A DNA stretch of 64,000 nt. Source: Carcharhinus amblyrhynchos. Lineage: Eukaryota. Positions 11,748 through 26,700 of this stretch are shown in pieces. The stretch spans positions 3,224,001-3,288,000 of the forward strand of contig OZ336876.1 of the NCBI GenBank assembly GCA_965287045.1. The letters are read 5' to 3'. Below the pieces are notes generated by a model. The model was not told the DNA's origin and ran no database searches. It was given only the letters and a program-made list of their open reading frames with translations. Position 1 is the first letter of the stretch. Each line of letters starts with the position of its first letter. A program made the position numbers and the translations under genes.

Positions 11748-14700
11748 TGAGCAGCGGAAAATTCTGTCGCAGTACCTTTGACATTAGGTTGATAAAAATT
11801 TCCACGCATTATCTTTGTTCATTGTATGAATTCTTTCTTCACTTAGACCAGATCCCACTGCGACTATTCAAAGGTATAAACGCATGTTCAGGGAGAGTTG
11901 AGCTTTACTACAATCAGACTTGGGGAGCAGTGTGTGATGACAACTGGGACATACTTGATGCGAATGTTGTATGCAAGCAGTTGGGTTGTGGACCGGCAAA
12001 ATCGGCACCTGTTAATGCTCACTTTGGAGCAGCAGCTGATTCCATCTGGTTCAATAACATTGAGTGCATCGGAACTGAGTTGAACTTATTGCATTGCCAA
12101 AAGACCGCACTTGGAGAGCACAACTGCAGCCCTGGAGATGCAGCATCTGCCATTTGTTCAGGTACAGTTGTTGTTTTTATGCTTGAGGGTGTTGTGTTCT
12201 CGGCCTGCGTTATTGGAACGCATTAATACCAGTTCTTTGAAGGCAACTTATGAATTTCAGCAGTCGAATTACAGGGAATTGCCTTAATAATTTCCATGCA
12301 CACGTTGATATTTTCATCGTTCTCTGCTCAGTAGTTCACTTCATTAAAGTAAATAAACCAAATTATTATTGGCATAAAACTATATTGTCCCCTCATATTG
12401 AGGACAGTCTTTAGGCAACAACATGAAGCGTAAAGGTAGAATCTCCGAAACTGATGTTTAATTCAACTACCACATGATTCTTCATGGGGAACGGTCAGCC
12501 TAATATTATATTGTCCTACATTTTAGCTATTATTCTCTCTATATTATTAGGTTTAGCAACTGCACATTCAAGAAAAATTATTTTGCAAAAATTAAAAGGT
12601 CAAAAAATATGCCTTGAATTAATGTTGATTTTCTGAGTGGATATCTGATGCTGGTGATTACGTGTCTAATTGATTGCGATTCCAATAAACTCTGAATATT
12701 GCCGAGGGCCTAAATCGTTAATTATTTGTGTATGCACATGTTTTGTTATTGGTCTGCCATTGTTGGAAATATATAACACATTTTTTTCTTGAGCACCAAA
12801 GAAATGTAAATCTGTCCACTGAGTATATTAAACAGATTTAGCGAGTCTTCAAAGAAAATTGCTGCATGCCAGTTCAAAAGAATGACAGAAAGAAAGGTCA
12901 AACACCACCAGAAGTTGCTGCGCAACCTCAGCAGGTCTTACCGCATCTGTGGAGAGGTAATAGAGGCAACGTTTTGAGCCCAGATGACCCTTGGTCAAAG
13001 TTAAAGACAAAGAAAATAGGACGAGGGGGCTACTAGGCTGAGGAGGTGGGGAAGGGTGTTGAAGGTCGCTGAATGGAGAAAAATGTGCTTGCAAGTGCAG
13101 GTACGGCAAATAATTGTAGAATAGCTGAAATGCATATTCAGTTCATTGCGCTTTCCATTCAGAGTGGTTGATAGCCGTGCTGAGTGCGACTTTCAGTTCC
13201 GATTTCAAATATTTCTAGAGTGTCTCAAATGCATCGCAATGCAGAAAATTATAGATATCCATAAACACACACATGAGTCAAAGATTGTCATCCCAGGAAG
13301 AGAAGTATAAAGCAATGATTTTTTTTTGCAACATATAATTGTATAGGTGGAATGCACTGAATAGCTGTACCTCTCGATATTTTGTAACTGCCTCACAAAA
13401 TTGCATAATTGTTACGATGTAAAGGAAGGTATTCGGTGCAAATTTTCTGCACCGAATTTGAAAATGAGCAGCTTGAATTCGCCTCATTCCACTACTTCCA
13501 CCCCGGCCCCACCAACATCTACACCCCCCTCCCTTCCCCCCGCCCGTCTTCCCCAGTCCCCAGCCCAGATCACTCTAGCCCGTTTCTTTCTTTATTCAAG
13601 TAATCATTTTGTGCCCGCTTGAAAGTCGCGAATGAACCTGTCACAGCCAAGCTGCCAGGTGATGCATTCCAGACCCGGATCCAGTCATTGTGTGAAAATG
13701 TTTTTTTTTAAATTTTCTCATGTTATCTTAGTTTCTCATATATACTGTGTTACGGCATCCTCTTGTTGTTGAACATTTTACGAGTGAGAAAATATTCTGC
13801 CTATCTACCTTGTTGGACATCATCGTGGTTTGGAATATCTCTATCGAATCTCGCCTTAGGTGTCTTAAATCTAAGAACAGTCTCAATTTCCCCAATCTAT
13901 CGTCTTAACTGTAGTAAGTGGTGCAACATAATGCGTCAATCTGAACATTTCCAAAGATTAACATCACGCCAGTTCCCTCTAAGTTAGTTGCCTTACATTG
14001 TTTTTTAATTTACTATCCGTTTATTTATGTTTCTTCAACAGTCTACAAAACTGTGCCAAGAAGAATTTATAAATGTATGACTTTTTCCCCACTTCAGAAG
14101 CATTTCAAACCAGACTAGTGAACGGAGACAGTTCCTGCTCAGGAAGGGTGGAAATCTACCACAATTACGCCTGGGGTACAGTCTGTGATAATGGTTGGGA
14201 CATCTCTGATGCCGAAGCTGTCTGCACAGAGCTGAACTGTGGGTTTGCACAATCAGCCCCTGGGCACTCCTTTTTTGGGGAAGGCACCTCACCCATCTGG
14301 CTGGATTCAGTCCATTGCCTAGGTTCCGAATCTTACTTGTGGCAGTGTCAGTCGAAACCTTTGGGACACCACAATTGCACTCACAGTGAGGACGCATCCG
14401 TCGTTTGCTCAGGTACGTGGAGGGTTCTTTCACATTGAAAATCCGAATTATTATAACATTAATGGATCTTTGTAAAATATCTGGATATGAAGAAAGGAAA
14501 GCAAAAAACTGAAAAATCGATGAGGGGAAAAAAGGTACAACATACTGACAACCTTGTTTATTTAACAGATGTACTTATTGTACAGCCTGTAGTCTAAAAT
14601 ATACGGAGATTTGCAGAAAATATGCACCTAATTTCCTGTCCTTCCGAAGTTTGATCTTCAACTTCCACTACAAAGGCAGACAAACTATTTGAATTCTGTA

Positions 14701-17700
14701 CTGTTCAGAACGGATCCACTGATTATTCTGTAAGAAGAATAAAAATGTTGAATTCATAACGTCCACGATGCTCCCTCCGACTTTCATTTGATGATACCAC
14801 ACATAGGGTTAAGATTTCAAATCTATTTAGCCCTGTCCTGTGGCGTAACCGTATTTCAGGCAATCACTATCTGCCTGGCCAAACGTTTGCAATTCTGTTC
14901 CCACACGTCATCATTTGAATTCAATGTTTTCAATCGCTTGGCAAAGCCACAAAATGTATCTATGCATTCAATGGAGTCGTGTCATGGTAATCCCATGTCA
15001 TGGGTCCGCATGACTGATTTAACTGGAGCATTCCTATTGAGCAATGGCAACCAGTAGCGTTGCAGTCCTGAATTGGTCAATTTTCAGTAGAAACCTAGTG
15101 CCGTTTTTGAAAAGCATTGAAGGTGTTGCATTTGGCATGACAGTTCAGTGACAGCGAACGGCAGTGCGTAACATCGTGTGACAGAGAGGAAACAAAATAA
15201 TTTGGTTCCCACATGCAAATAATGTTAATATATTCTCACTTATAGATCTTGAGCTAATGATTCTGTTTATTAAATTGATTTTCATGCAAGTCGGGGTTGC
15301 GGGTGGCGATGGGCACGGTGGCACCGTGGTTATTACCACTGCCTCACAGTTCAAGGGACCCGGGATTCATTCGGGCTTTGGGAAAATGTGTGGAGTTTGC
15401 ATGTAGATTTCGTCCGCGTTCTCTGATTTCCTCCCACAGCCCATAAATGTGCAGGTTAGTTGAATTGATCATGCAAAGTTGCCTGTCAGTGTCCCACATG
15501 TGTATGATTCACCATGCTTAAAGCGTGTGATTTCTAGGGCAGAGCAGGTTGATAATTCTGTTTCTGTATAAAATAATCTGTCAGAAAGTTAGTGTGGACT
15601 CGATGAGTCGAATGAACTCTTCTGTACTGTAGGAAATCTGTGTTCTCTGAAATCTGTTTCAGATCGACCGCTAAAGCCAATTCTTGCCCTGGAGAGAAAA
15701 CATGGAAATTTCGTAACTGGAGATACAATACTAATGACATGCATGAGCTATTATGGAGGGTGCACGTTTTATTTAATGAACATTGGTGGCATAAATAACA
15801 TTGCTTCTGGAACTGCACAAGATGAAGCTTACAACCTTACGTTCTCCATACAGAATGTGAATGTCAGCACAACTGGTAATTACACCTGTCTCTATCAAAC
15901 AAGGAAATCTGGAACGCTTACCAATTCAAGCGTCAGCGACTCGGTGTATGTACAAGTAACAGGTAAGCGAGTATACAAAGTCAGCGTCGGTGGCTCCATA
16001 AAACAGGCAAGCAAAGTGCGAAGCATATCTCCTCATGACCTCTGGGAGATGAGAGACAAAGAAGTGGATATTCAAGGCTGCTTTCAGGCTCATGGTATAT
16101 CACACAAAGAGTCATTCCATTGTAACAGTGAGGGAGTGCTGCAATGTCGAAGACAGCAATGAAAAGTAGAATTTTAACACAGAAATACGGGTGTCACTAT
16201 AACAGATATTGCATTTAAAGTGCCTTTCTTGAATGCTCCAACAACTCCATTAATGAATACTCATAATTCCGATTTGAAAGAAGTGCAACCTTTTATATTA
16301 TATATTTATATATATATTAGTAGAACATGACCAATAAATTCAAATGTTCCAGCCTCAACACTATTCGGATATAAACACAAACATATTTCCCGACGCCCAA
16401 AACTAGACTTCTAGTAAAGAATACATGTTTCTGACGTATAGACTGTTAAATAAATTTGCACCCAGACCTATTTTTCCCGGCCAGGTTATGTTTGAATCAT
16501 TTCGTAACATATATTAATGAAGAAGAGACCTCACCTGAAGCCCTGTCCAAAGTCAATCTGTCCGCAACGAGACACACAAAAAAAAGATTATATTGTGTTG
16601 ACCTAGCTTGCCTCGGTCCAACGTTACAATGGTGCATTTGAATCAGTTTGTTCCGCAGCAATCTCTCCACGATGTTTTGAGATCCCAAAAAGAATAATAC
16701 AAGTCAGCACAAATTTGGGATCTTCGTAAAGGTCCTGATTTGATTTGTAGAGGTCAAAGTCTGAGTGCCTTTCTACTTATGACCAAGGCAATTTTGAAAT
16801 ATTACATATGGATGCACATATTTTGTTTCATTTCTCGGGTCCTTTTGAATTTGCAATCCGCGAAAATGTCATCCCAGATGATATGACCAATTGATTTATC
16901 TAAGGACAGACATTTGTTGTATTTGGCAGCGCGTTTCTTAAAGTACAATATTGTCTGACACTAGTCTGCCTGTTTTGAAGAAGAAGCTAGGTATAGGGCT
17001 TCAAGTCAAGCAAATCAAATGATATGGAGGGAAATGGGATCAGGCTATTGATGTGAATGATCAGCCATTTTCATAAAGAACAGCGGTGGGGGCTCAATTA
17101 TCTCCTCCTCCTTCTTTATGCCCCCTTGTCTCTGTTTATTGCTTACAAAGATGATGCGATTCCGATAGGGTAAGGATACATTTGAAATGCAGGTAATGCA
17201 AATGGAAAAGATTCATCTAATATGGACACATGTTTTCTGTAACTTGATGAAAATTAATTGAATGAATCACCGTTTTGATTTTACTTCCACAGATCAGGTG
17301 CAGATTAGGTTAATCAATGGGAGAAGTAATTGTTCTGGGAATGTGGAGATATACTATGATAACGCTTGGGGAGCAGTGTGCGATGATGGTTGGGACATAC
17401 ACGATTCGAATGTTATCTGCAGGCAACTGGGCTGCGGACCAGCAAAATCAACTCCTGACAATGACTTATTTGGACCAACACCTCGGGTTTTTTGGTTGAC
17501 TAATGTTGAATGCAATGGGACTGAGACGAATTTATTGCACTGCCAAAGGCACCCACTGGGAGAGCACAGCTGCAGTGCCGGAACTGCGGCGTCTGTTATG
17601 TGTTCAGGTAACTTTTCATTTAGTTTTTTCGATTTTATGCAGGGATCACAGTAAAATCCATTATGACAAAGTAATCATTCTCATCGCTCATTTGTGCATA

Positions 17701-20700
17701 TGCTCACACTCATCAAACAATAACAGTGCAACAATAAGAAATATTTCATTTAAACCGCCGAAAACCACATTTCACTGGAGTATCAAGTCTCAATGTGAGA
17801 TAAAATGAAGGGGGAGCATTCAGAATTCGAATCATCCACAAGACAAATGTCAACAGTAAGGGAAATGGCATCGCATTCCAGAAAACAAGTTCCCAGTCGA
17901 GCCATACGACATGAAAACCTGCATTACGGTATGGCATTAGTGTTGGACTTAAGTCAATTACAGGGCAGGTTTCATTTTTCTTCAATCGGGTAAAAAGGAA
18001 TTGACCTCTGAAGAGTGCAAATGAGGATTAAAGTTTTGAAGGAGGAATAAAATTTTGAGACATAGGATTTAACGGAGAAACATAAGTCAATGTTTTTGTC
18101 TAATGGCGTTGTGTACACTCCGCATTTTGTGCCCCTGTCCCACAAAACCCGCCCCCCCCCCCCCCCCCTCCCAATGTCAGGGAATTCATTGACAATAACA
18201 TAAAAGCAAAACACTACGATGTTGGAATCTGACAAAAACAAAAATCAGAAAATGTTGGTGAATATCAACAGTTCAGGCGGCATCTGTGGGCCGAGAATGA
18301 AGCCAACATTTCAAGCCAGGTGACAGTTCTTCAGAGCTCCGTGACCAAAACTGCCTGCTGTGGTACTATATCAGTTGCTTTCCAATTCCTTCTTGAGCTA
18401 TTTTTCAACTATTCCATGTGAGAGCAATTTTGCCATTTCCAAAATTCTTTGTATAAAGATTTATGTTTTGAGCTCATTACTCATTCTTGTTATGGCTTTC
18501 AAATACCACGGGCTTTTCCACTTAAGTGCATCCTGAAGAAATCCCCGATGATAGTCTCTACTAATGTTATACGCTGTAAAGTTTTGCCAACAGATCGTTC
18601 TGGCTTAATAATGATGCTAATTGTTAAGATGCATTTAATTTGAACAAAAAAAAGAGCCTTACAAATCTCAAATTGGGACATGAGATAGACTGTGTTAAAA
18701 TAGGTGAAATTACCAGTAACATAGGTTGAGTTAACAAATTATTTTTGAAAAAAAAAACTGCAGCGTCACATTTTTGTCCGTATCAGCAGCTATTTGTGCC
18801 GAATTGTCCTTACATATAAGCTCATCGGGGTGATTAACATGCATGGGGATTTACTCCCGTCAATTTGTCATGTGCTTTGAACTCCACCTTAATATTCATA
18901 GAATATAACTTTGCTAATAATTCCGAATTTTTACTTTTCATCCACAATAGAACGATTTGAAATCAGACTAGCGGACGGAGACATCCCCTGTTCTGGAAGA
19001 GTGGAGGTCTATTATAATTACGCCTGGGGAACTGTCTGCGATGATGACTGGGACATATACGATGCCGAAACTGTCTGTACAGAACTTGATTGTGGGTTCG
19101 CTGAATCAGCACTTGGCAAGTCCACGTTTGGGAAAGGCACTTCACCGATCTGGCTGGACTCAGTTCAGTGCAATGGGTCCGAGTCCTCCTTATGGCAGTG
19201 CCAGTCAAAACCATTAGGTCAGCACAACTGTAATCATCAGGAGGATGCATCTGTAATTTGCTCAGGTATGCGAAACTATTTATTTCAGTAAAAGGTGGCA
19301 TGGTTTAACACATTAAGAATGCATGGATGTGTCTGTAAAAGAAGACGAGAAAGTACATTTTAAAAGATCAAAGGAAGGTTAGAAAATAAACACTTCTCAA
19401 AAGGGTGAATGACTAAATTATTTCCAGTGTGATTATTCTACTTGTTTATAAAGGAGAAAGTGTGTTTATATACATATAATGCATTTACAATATTCACATT
19501 TTTCATATAATTCTCGATATACATATAATGCATTCACAATATACATATTTTTCGTATAATTCTTGGTGTTTTTTTCCATAAAATATATAGTAATGCAATT
19601 AATTGAGCAGAATTAGTCAAATCAAAATGGCTTAATATATATAAGGTCACTCCCCTGAACTCGCAAACTGACATGTTCAGCTTCCAATGGAAAAACAACG
19701 AATGCTGTTGACTCCGCACCATTTGTGAAATGTTTCAACGCATTGCTGTTCCACGCAGACACATTATGAATGGTTTCTCAAACTATAGTGACCAGGATGT
19801 TCCATCTGGAAATCAAATCATGACAAGTGACTAGAGGTCAATTACGAAATTCCTTTAACACTTGGCTATCGTGGACTAACACAACAAAAAAGAACTATCA
19901 GCCTTGCCATTAATTTGCATTCGGGGTATCCACTCTGTTCGATGTTATTTATTTTACTCAAATTGCAAGGGAATGTACCATGATTTGGCGCCATGATGAA
20001 CATCAACACATGCAAATCCCATTACACATAGAAGCATACACAGAATCACTGTGATTATGGCTGATCATCATTTCTATACCCTAACGCATCAGCCCTCCCC
20101 TCATATTCCTTTAACTCCAAGAGCTATATCTAACTTCTTCAACAAATCACACACAATGTTTTGTCCTGTACCACTTTTTCTTCCTTGAGTTCCACAGATA
20201 CACCAATTTCTGGGTGGACAATTTTCCTGATCTCCATCCTAATAGATTTACGCCTATGTTCAAATTCTGACCCCTAGTCCTGAATTCTCCCAACATAAGA
20301 GTCATTATCGAATATTGTGTGGTTGCTTTCAGTCCAACATTCTTGATGAATAATAGGGACATTAATTTATCACATCGAGTTGGTTGTCATCTATTTTCGA
20401 AGATTGCTTCCCTGTTTTTCGGAAAGGCAATTTGCGAGAGGTTCTCCAGCCTCTCAGCACCATGTTTCCTTCTGACAGCAGATGGTATGCTCCTTGCAAG
20501 GGACAGGGTTCTCAATCCCAGCGCTGTTAATGGGAATTTCCACTTCGATGAGTAACCTGCGAGCGAGGGTAAACTGCCCGTGGGACCAGAGAATACCCCA
20601 GGCATGAGCAGCCAGAGAATTCTGATCAATATCCTTGTAGAATTCTTCATGGACTGGAACGAAGTTAAAACACAATGAGGAAATGTACATGGCACAGAGA

Positions 20701-23700
20701 GAGTAAAATGCCTTGCCAATGAATTTTCGGACTTTCGTATTTTTAGGGACCGAGCTACAGATAACGTGTGCATTTTTTAATATGATTACAGATCGACCAA
20801 TTAAGCCAATTCTGACTCTGGAAAGGAACCCTGCCGTTTACATAGCACGAGATACAATCAGACTTACTTGCACAGCGTTGGATTTGTACGCAGGTGGCAC
20901 GTTTTATTTGAAGAGAGATGGTGACTTGCATGATGTTCCTTATGGAAATGCTGCAGAGGGAGCTTACCAAATGACGTTCATCATCCAAGATTTGGATGTC
21001 AGCTCTAGTGGAAACTATACTTGCCACTATCAGACCAGCAAATCAGGAAAACTTACCAATTCAAGCAGCAGCGATTCTGTGCATGTGTTTGTGACAGGTA
21101 AACCAGAAAATGTTTTCCAACATCAATAGCGGGGTGCGAGTATCTGACTCAGTCTGCCTTTGCCAACCCTGTTCTATGTAAATGTCCTTCCTGCTGTAGA
21201 GAAAGGGAGGGGGAGGAGGAATTCTTATCTCAGGGAACTGAAATTATAAATTGCACATATACAATTCATTTGTTGGAATGTCGGACTTGTCAAGATTTCA
21301 GATAGTGGGCCTTGTGTTAATGTATGTTTCACAAACCGCAGTGTATGTTATGACGCCTGACTAGCCCCCGACATTTATTTTTCATTTTGGCACTAGCATG
21401 AGGATGCTGTGTTTCAGTCCACTTCTGCTTCTATTGAGAAACTAGGCAGCTTTTACCAGAATAAACATGTTTCAACTATGCAGATTAATTATAACGAATT
21501 AATTAACTTAACTATCAACAATTGAACTACTTAAACGTGAACAGATAAAGTTTCTTAACTGCTAAATTCTCTATATTCGTTTCGATTCAAGCAGTAAGTC
21601 CGCTACTTAAACACGTGACTCTGTCAATCAAATGAATCAAAACCCTCCTCTGAAGACCCGCGGGAGAAACAAATAAACAAAAAAAAATGCATGATCTCAA
21701 GGTAAAACAAGCAAATCACCTGCTAAAATCGAACACTAGCCTAAATTCTCAACATGTGAGCTGCCTGTTTCGCAGAGAAATTTGCACTGTGTAAAACGTT
21801 GCTGTATTTTAGACATACCCCATCACAAGGACCATGATATAAAATGCAAATCCAACAATTTGTCGGAAAAAGAAGTTTTTTTTTCACATTCGAAGTACTG
21901 ATAGACTCGAATCTGCCGCCTGGGAGATTAGTAGAGGCGGTTGCCTCACATTCTTTAAAAAGTAGCTGGATGAATACGTGGCAAATCGTAACATTTATGG
22001 CTATGGGCCACAGTGTAAGCCTACTTGTGACCCTAATAATAATTTAAATTTTACTGCTGGTAAATGGGAATAGGTGGGACTTCAGGTACTTCTCGCGCGT
22101 CCGTACGACTTGATGGGCCGAATGGATATATAATTCTCTGATGCTGTTTTGTGAACAACAAACAAAAATGCTTAAGTGTATCCATGACAATGTAGGCCAC
22201 TTGACTTGTACCACATTGACAAATAATCACTCCCTCCACCATCGACGCACGTTGGCAGAAATGTGAAGCTTCTACAAGATGGCAAGTTAAGAAATGTTTG
22301 ACGATCACTTTCTGTTACGTTGTTTAGAAGCATTTGAACAGATTTAATGGTTCAATTTCTTTCATTTTTGATCTTTAGATGAGTTGCCAATGCGATTGAC
22401 CAACGGGAAAAGCTCTTGTTCTGGAAGAGTCGAGTTTTACTACAACGATACTTGGGGAGCAGTGTGCGATGATGATTGGGACATTCTGGATGCGGAAGTT
22501 GTCTGTCGGCAAATTGGCTGCGGGCCCGCCGTAGCCGCACCTGGAAGTGGTGCTTTTGGATCAATGTCTGGGGCCTATTGGTTGGATAATGTTCAATGCA
22601 ATGGTACTGAACCATCTTTATTGCAGTGCCGAAAAAATCCACTAGGCGAACACAACTGCAGTCCAGGCGAGGCAGCTTCTGTTGTTTGCAAAGGTATAAT
22701 GTTTAATTAATAGCAATGTAAAATCATTTTGCTGTGCATCATTAATTACGTTAAAGATAATTACATTCTTTGTTTCGTCAGCAAATTGCATTCACCGCTG
22801 AAAGACTCGTTTCACCAGATTAATTTTAACATATTAGATTCAATCTAATGAAAATTGGTGAACAATTCCCTCAAGTCTTTCGAGTTCTGGATAAAAGTAG
22901 GCCGAAGTAACTTAAGTTAATTTCATATATTTATTCCTCATAATAGTTTTGTGCTTTTTTAGTTAACACAAGGAAAAGTAGCTTCCCCAGTTGGGTTCTA
23001 AGGAGAGCATGGCCTGGCCATACTGCATGCATGCTACTCATGATGCATAGCTCCCAAAAAGACACTTAGACGAGTAAAGAATACATGAACATAGCGGTCG
23101 ATCAAACTGATCAATTTCATTAGTTTGTAAAATCTATCAGCAAAGATATTCAATGTTCCTATGTTAATTAAGACTAGATATTCGAAGGAAACAAGTAATG
23201 CCACAAAGAGTCGTTCGCTCCAAACCCTATTAACTGGCGAGTAAAAGGTGAATTTAATTCAAAAATGTCGTAGTTGGGCATTCTTCTCCTTTAATAGATA
23301 ATCCTGGAGGTCTTCCCTTATTTGCTTGTTACGTGATACATCACTGGTCACCGTGAACTTTATATTTCAATCACTCATTTAAGGTAAAATGTGTCATTGA
23401 GACTCCCAATTTTGCTATTCTGCGCTTGTCAAGCAGAAGTCCGCAGACGTCCTGCTAATGGGACAGATTTGCCAGTGATATGCAAACAAGTGTCAGATTC
23501 TACGACAGGAAAACAAACAAAGTGAAAAACTTTACGGATAGAAGTCAATCTATCGATTTTTCTGAATGATTGGTATGATGGTGTTGGTTGCAATCAAGTT
23601 GCAAGTGTCCCTGTTTTCTGATTATTGCATCATGTCTTTCAACATTGGGGCGCTTTGACTGCCAAAATTTTGACAAGTGATTATCACGCATATTTGAGTT

Positions 23701-26700
23701 TTGGGAGGAGGGGCATTTGACGGACAGTACAGGTGTGATAGGCGAGTGTAATTAATTTCAATTAAAAAAAAGCGAATCGAATCGGAGCTTTTAGCTGCTG
23801 AGTGTTTGAACATAAGAATATAATAATTAGGAACAGCAGTAAGCTATCTGCCCCTCGAGCCTGCTCCACCGTTCAATAAGATCATGACTGTTCTTTTTGT
23901 GGACCCAGCTCCACTTACCCACCCGCTCACCATAACCCTTACTTACTCTATCTTTGCCCTGAAAAAAAAATTCAATGCGCTAGCCTCAACTGCTTCACTG
24001 GGCAGGGAATTCCACAGATTCACAACGCTTTTTATGAAGAATTTCCTCCTCAACTCAGTGCTAAATGTGCTTCCCTTTATGTTAGGGCTATGCCCCCTAG
24101 TTGTAGTTTCACCAGCCAGTGGAACCAACTTCCCTTCTTCTACCTTATCTATTTCCTTCATAATCGTTTATGTTTCTATAGGATTTCCCCTCATCTTCTG
24201 GTTTCCATTGAGTATAGTCCCAGTCTCTCCCCATAAGCCAACACTCTAAACTCCGGAATAAAACTAGTGAATCTCCTCTGCACCCATTCCGAAGCCAGTA
24301 TATCCTTTGTAGAGCTTTCAGATCATACCGATATCTTGTAAGATTCGTTGGAACTTTTGAACAATAAAATAAACGCCGATCAGTTTGTTTAACTTACACT
24401 CACCTGTATGTGAAAATAATGCATGCTCTTCTAATTACAGAATACCACAGAGAAACCTGAAAGGAAAATGCAAGTTTTGTGCCATCCTATCAAAATGTTA
24501 ATTTCGCATAGAATGGAATTGGAGGCATATCAACTTTTGCAATTTTACATCAGTACTTGCTTTCACTCATTTGAACATGCGGAGAGACTGCTTTAGAACT
24601 GATTCGGCAAATAACCCAATCACATGCAATGCAATTGGTTAATGCGTTGAGTTTTCTCCGACTACTTTTAACTAGGCATGAACAAAACTAATTCAATTAG
24701 TATGATCTTGAATGATTATCGGAGCGAACCTATTATGCATTTTTGATTTCGCTGGTCCAGCTCATCAAATTAGGTTTAGCATTTTTTTTTCCTTACTACT
24801 GTTACATACAACAATTCCACATGTCTTTAAAATTAACATATTTTAGATCTACCACTTTGGCACAGAACCTTCGGTGTTACCGTGCTAATGCTAAACACAT
24901 TTGTGAGTATTCTGAAGAAGTCAAAACGCATGGAACAACGTGATAATTGTCTTTGATCCCCCAATAAGCAATTCACTTGCTCCAAGGGACTCTTCGCAAG
25001 TGTATCCGTCTCTGTGTGTGGGAGCTCTGGCAATGTTGTGCTTTCACCGGAATAGTTAACATTGAAAGTGACGCAGCTACTGATCTATTTAACTGCCATT
25101 GGATACAATCAGCACCCGAATCATAATTACATCACGTAATTGTCAAGACCCAACTACAACACTATTCACCTCAGACAATAAGGAATCTATCATACAAGCC
25201 AGCAACAATCTGACGAACACTCCATCGTTAGGAACCTAGCTTCCCCTCTCCACTGCACCACAAGTTAACCTTTCCGCTTGCTACCTTAGTCACTTGCCAC
25301 TGGATTCAACTCTCAAGCGGCGAACCCATCACCTTATTAATATACCACCTCACGCATCTGCAATTCTCGCCACGTCACAACATACCTCACTCAACGTATC
25401 CCGTTCATCAGAAAAGTCACTCATTCAAAAAAAATCACCTCACTACACACTGTGTCCACACCATAACTATTTACCAAAATTCATTCATCCACCTGTTCAT
25501 TAAGAATCAAACTGAACGGTCAAGGCTACCTTTTATCAACGATGGCCGGAGAAGAAGTCATGTCCAATTTCTGACACCGCTACATCAGGAGAGCGATTGA
25601 ACTGTTGATGTATCACTGCCCTTTGCAAACCTGACGAAAATGTCTTTGTCCTAGCTGACTAAGATTGCGGGAAAGATGCGGGGCGAGTACAGCTTTGAGT
25701 GTGGTGGCAGTCGAGCAGTAGGTTTTCCTTCACGATGATGCAGTCTTGCAATTTTGTGGCTGGAATATGTTTTTCTGTGAACAGATTTGCTAACCATGAT
25801 TCTTAATCATCATTAAAAGAAAGACAAACGTACGAAATTGGGAGACTTCAAATGTTATCTCCATTGATTCGACCTGCGAGAAAGACATCAAGTGGGAGGA
25901 GACAGTTCCGGCCTACAATACATGGGCAGTGATTGGCTCACCGCCACTCTTTTGTTGTTGTCTTTTACAGTGCAGTTTTCCGCGCTGAAATTAAACATGG
26001 AAAACAAAATCCCTCATGTAGGTTGTTGCCGGCCCGCTGGAGGCCACGTGTGAATTTCAGCTCAATAGAAAAACTGCATAAATCAGTATCAATCGCTGGA
26101 GGAAAAAAAACACGTGTTGTTCTTCAGTCTGATTCCAAACTAATGTAATTTCATTAGTGACTATGCTAATCTGTTACCCCCATCATTTGCATATAGTCGT
26201 AAATGCATCTTTCAAATGTCTGTGCAAACTATTCCCAATAATTCGATTTTTTTTTTCAAAATTCGAACCTAGATAATTTCCAAACCAGGCTAGTAGATGG
26301 GCCAAACACATGTTCCGGCAGAGTGGAAATCTATCACAATAGCACGTGGGGAACAGTGTGTAATAACGACTGGGACATATCTGAAGCAGAAGTTGTTTGC
26401 ACCCAGTTGCGTTGTGGCTTTGCTGATTCTGCATCTGAAAGCGCCGCCTTTGGGGTAGGAAACTCAGCGATCTGGTTGGACTCTGTTCAATGCAATGGCT
26501 CGGAGTCGTACTTGTGGCAGTGCCCGGCAAAACCCTTGGGTCAACATAGCTGCGGTCACCAAGAAGATGCTTCAGTCGTTTGTTCAGGTAGTCTAAATAT
26601 CCTTACGATTCACGGGCTTGGAATTACAATGTGAAAACGAAAAAAAAGAGAAAAAATCGAATGAATTGTGACATAATTCTAAAATATTAATTTAGAAATC

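Noticed and set aside
11501-11809. His-Thr or Cys-Val repeat ORFs
   Set aside because: Translations of the (TG)n microsatellite
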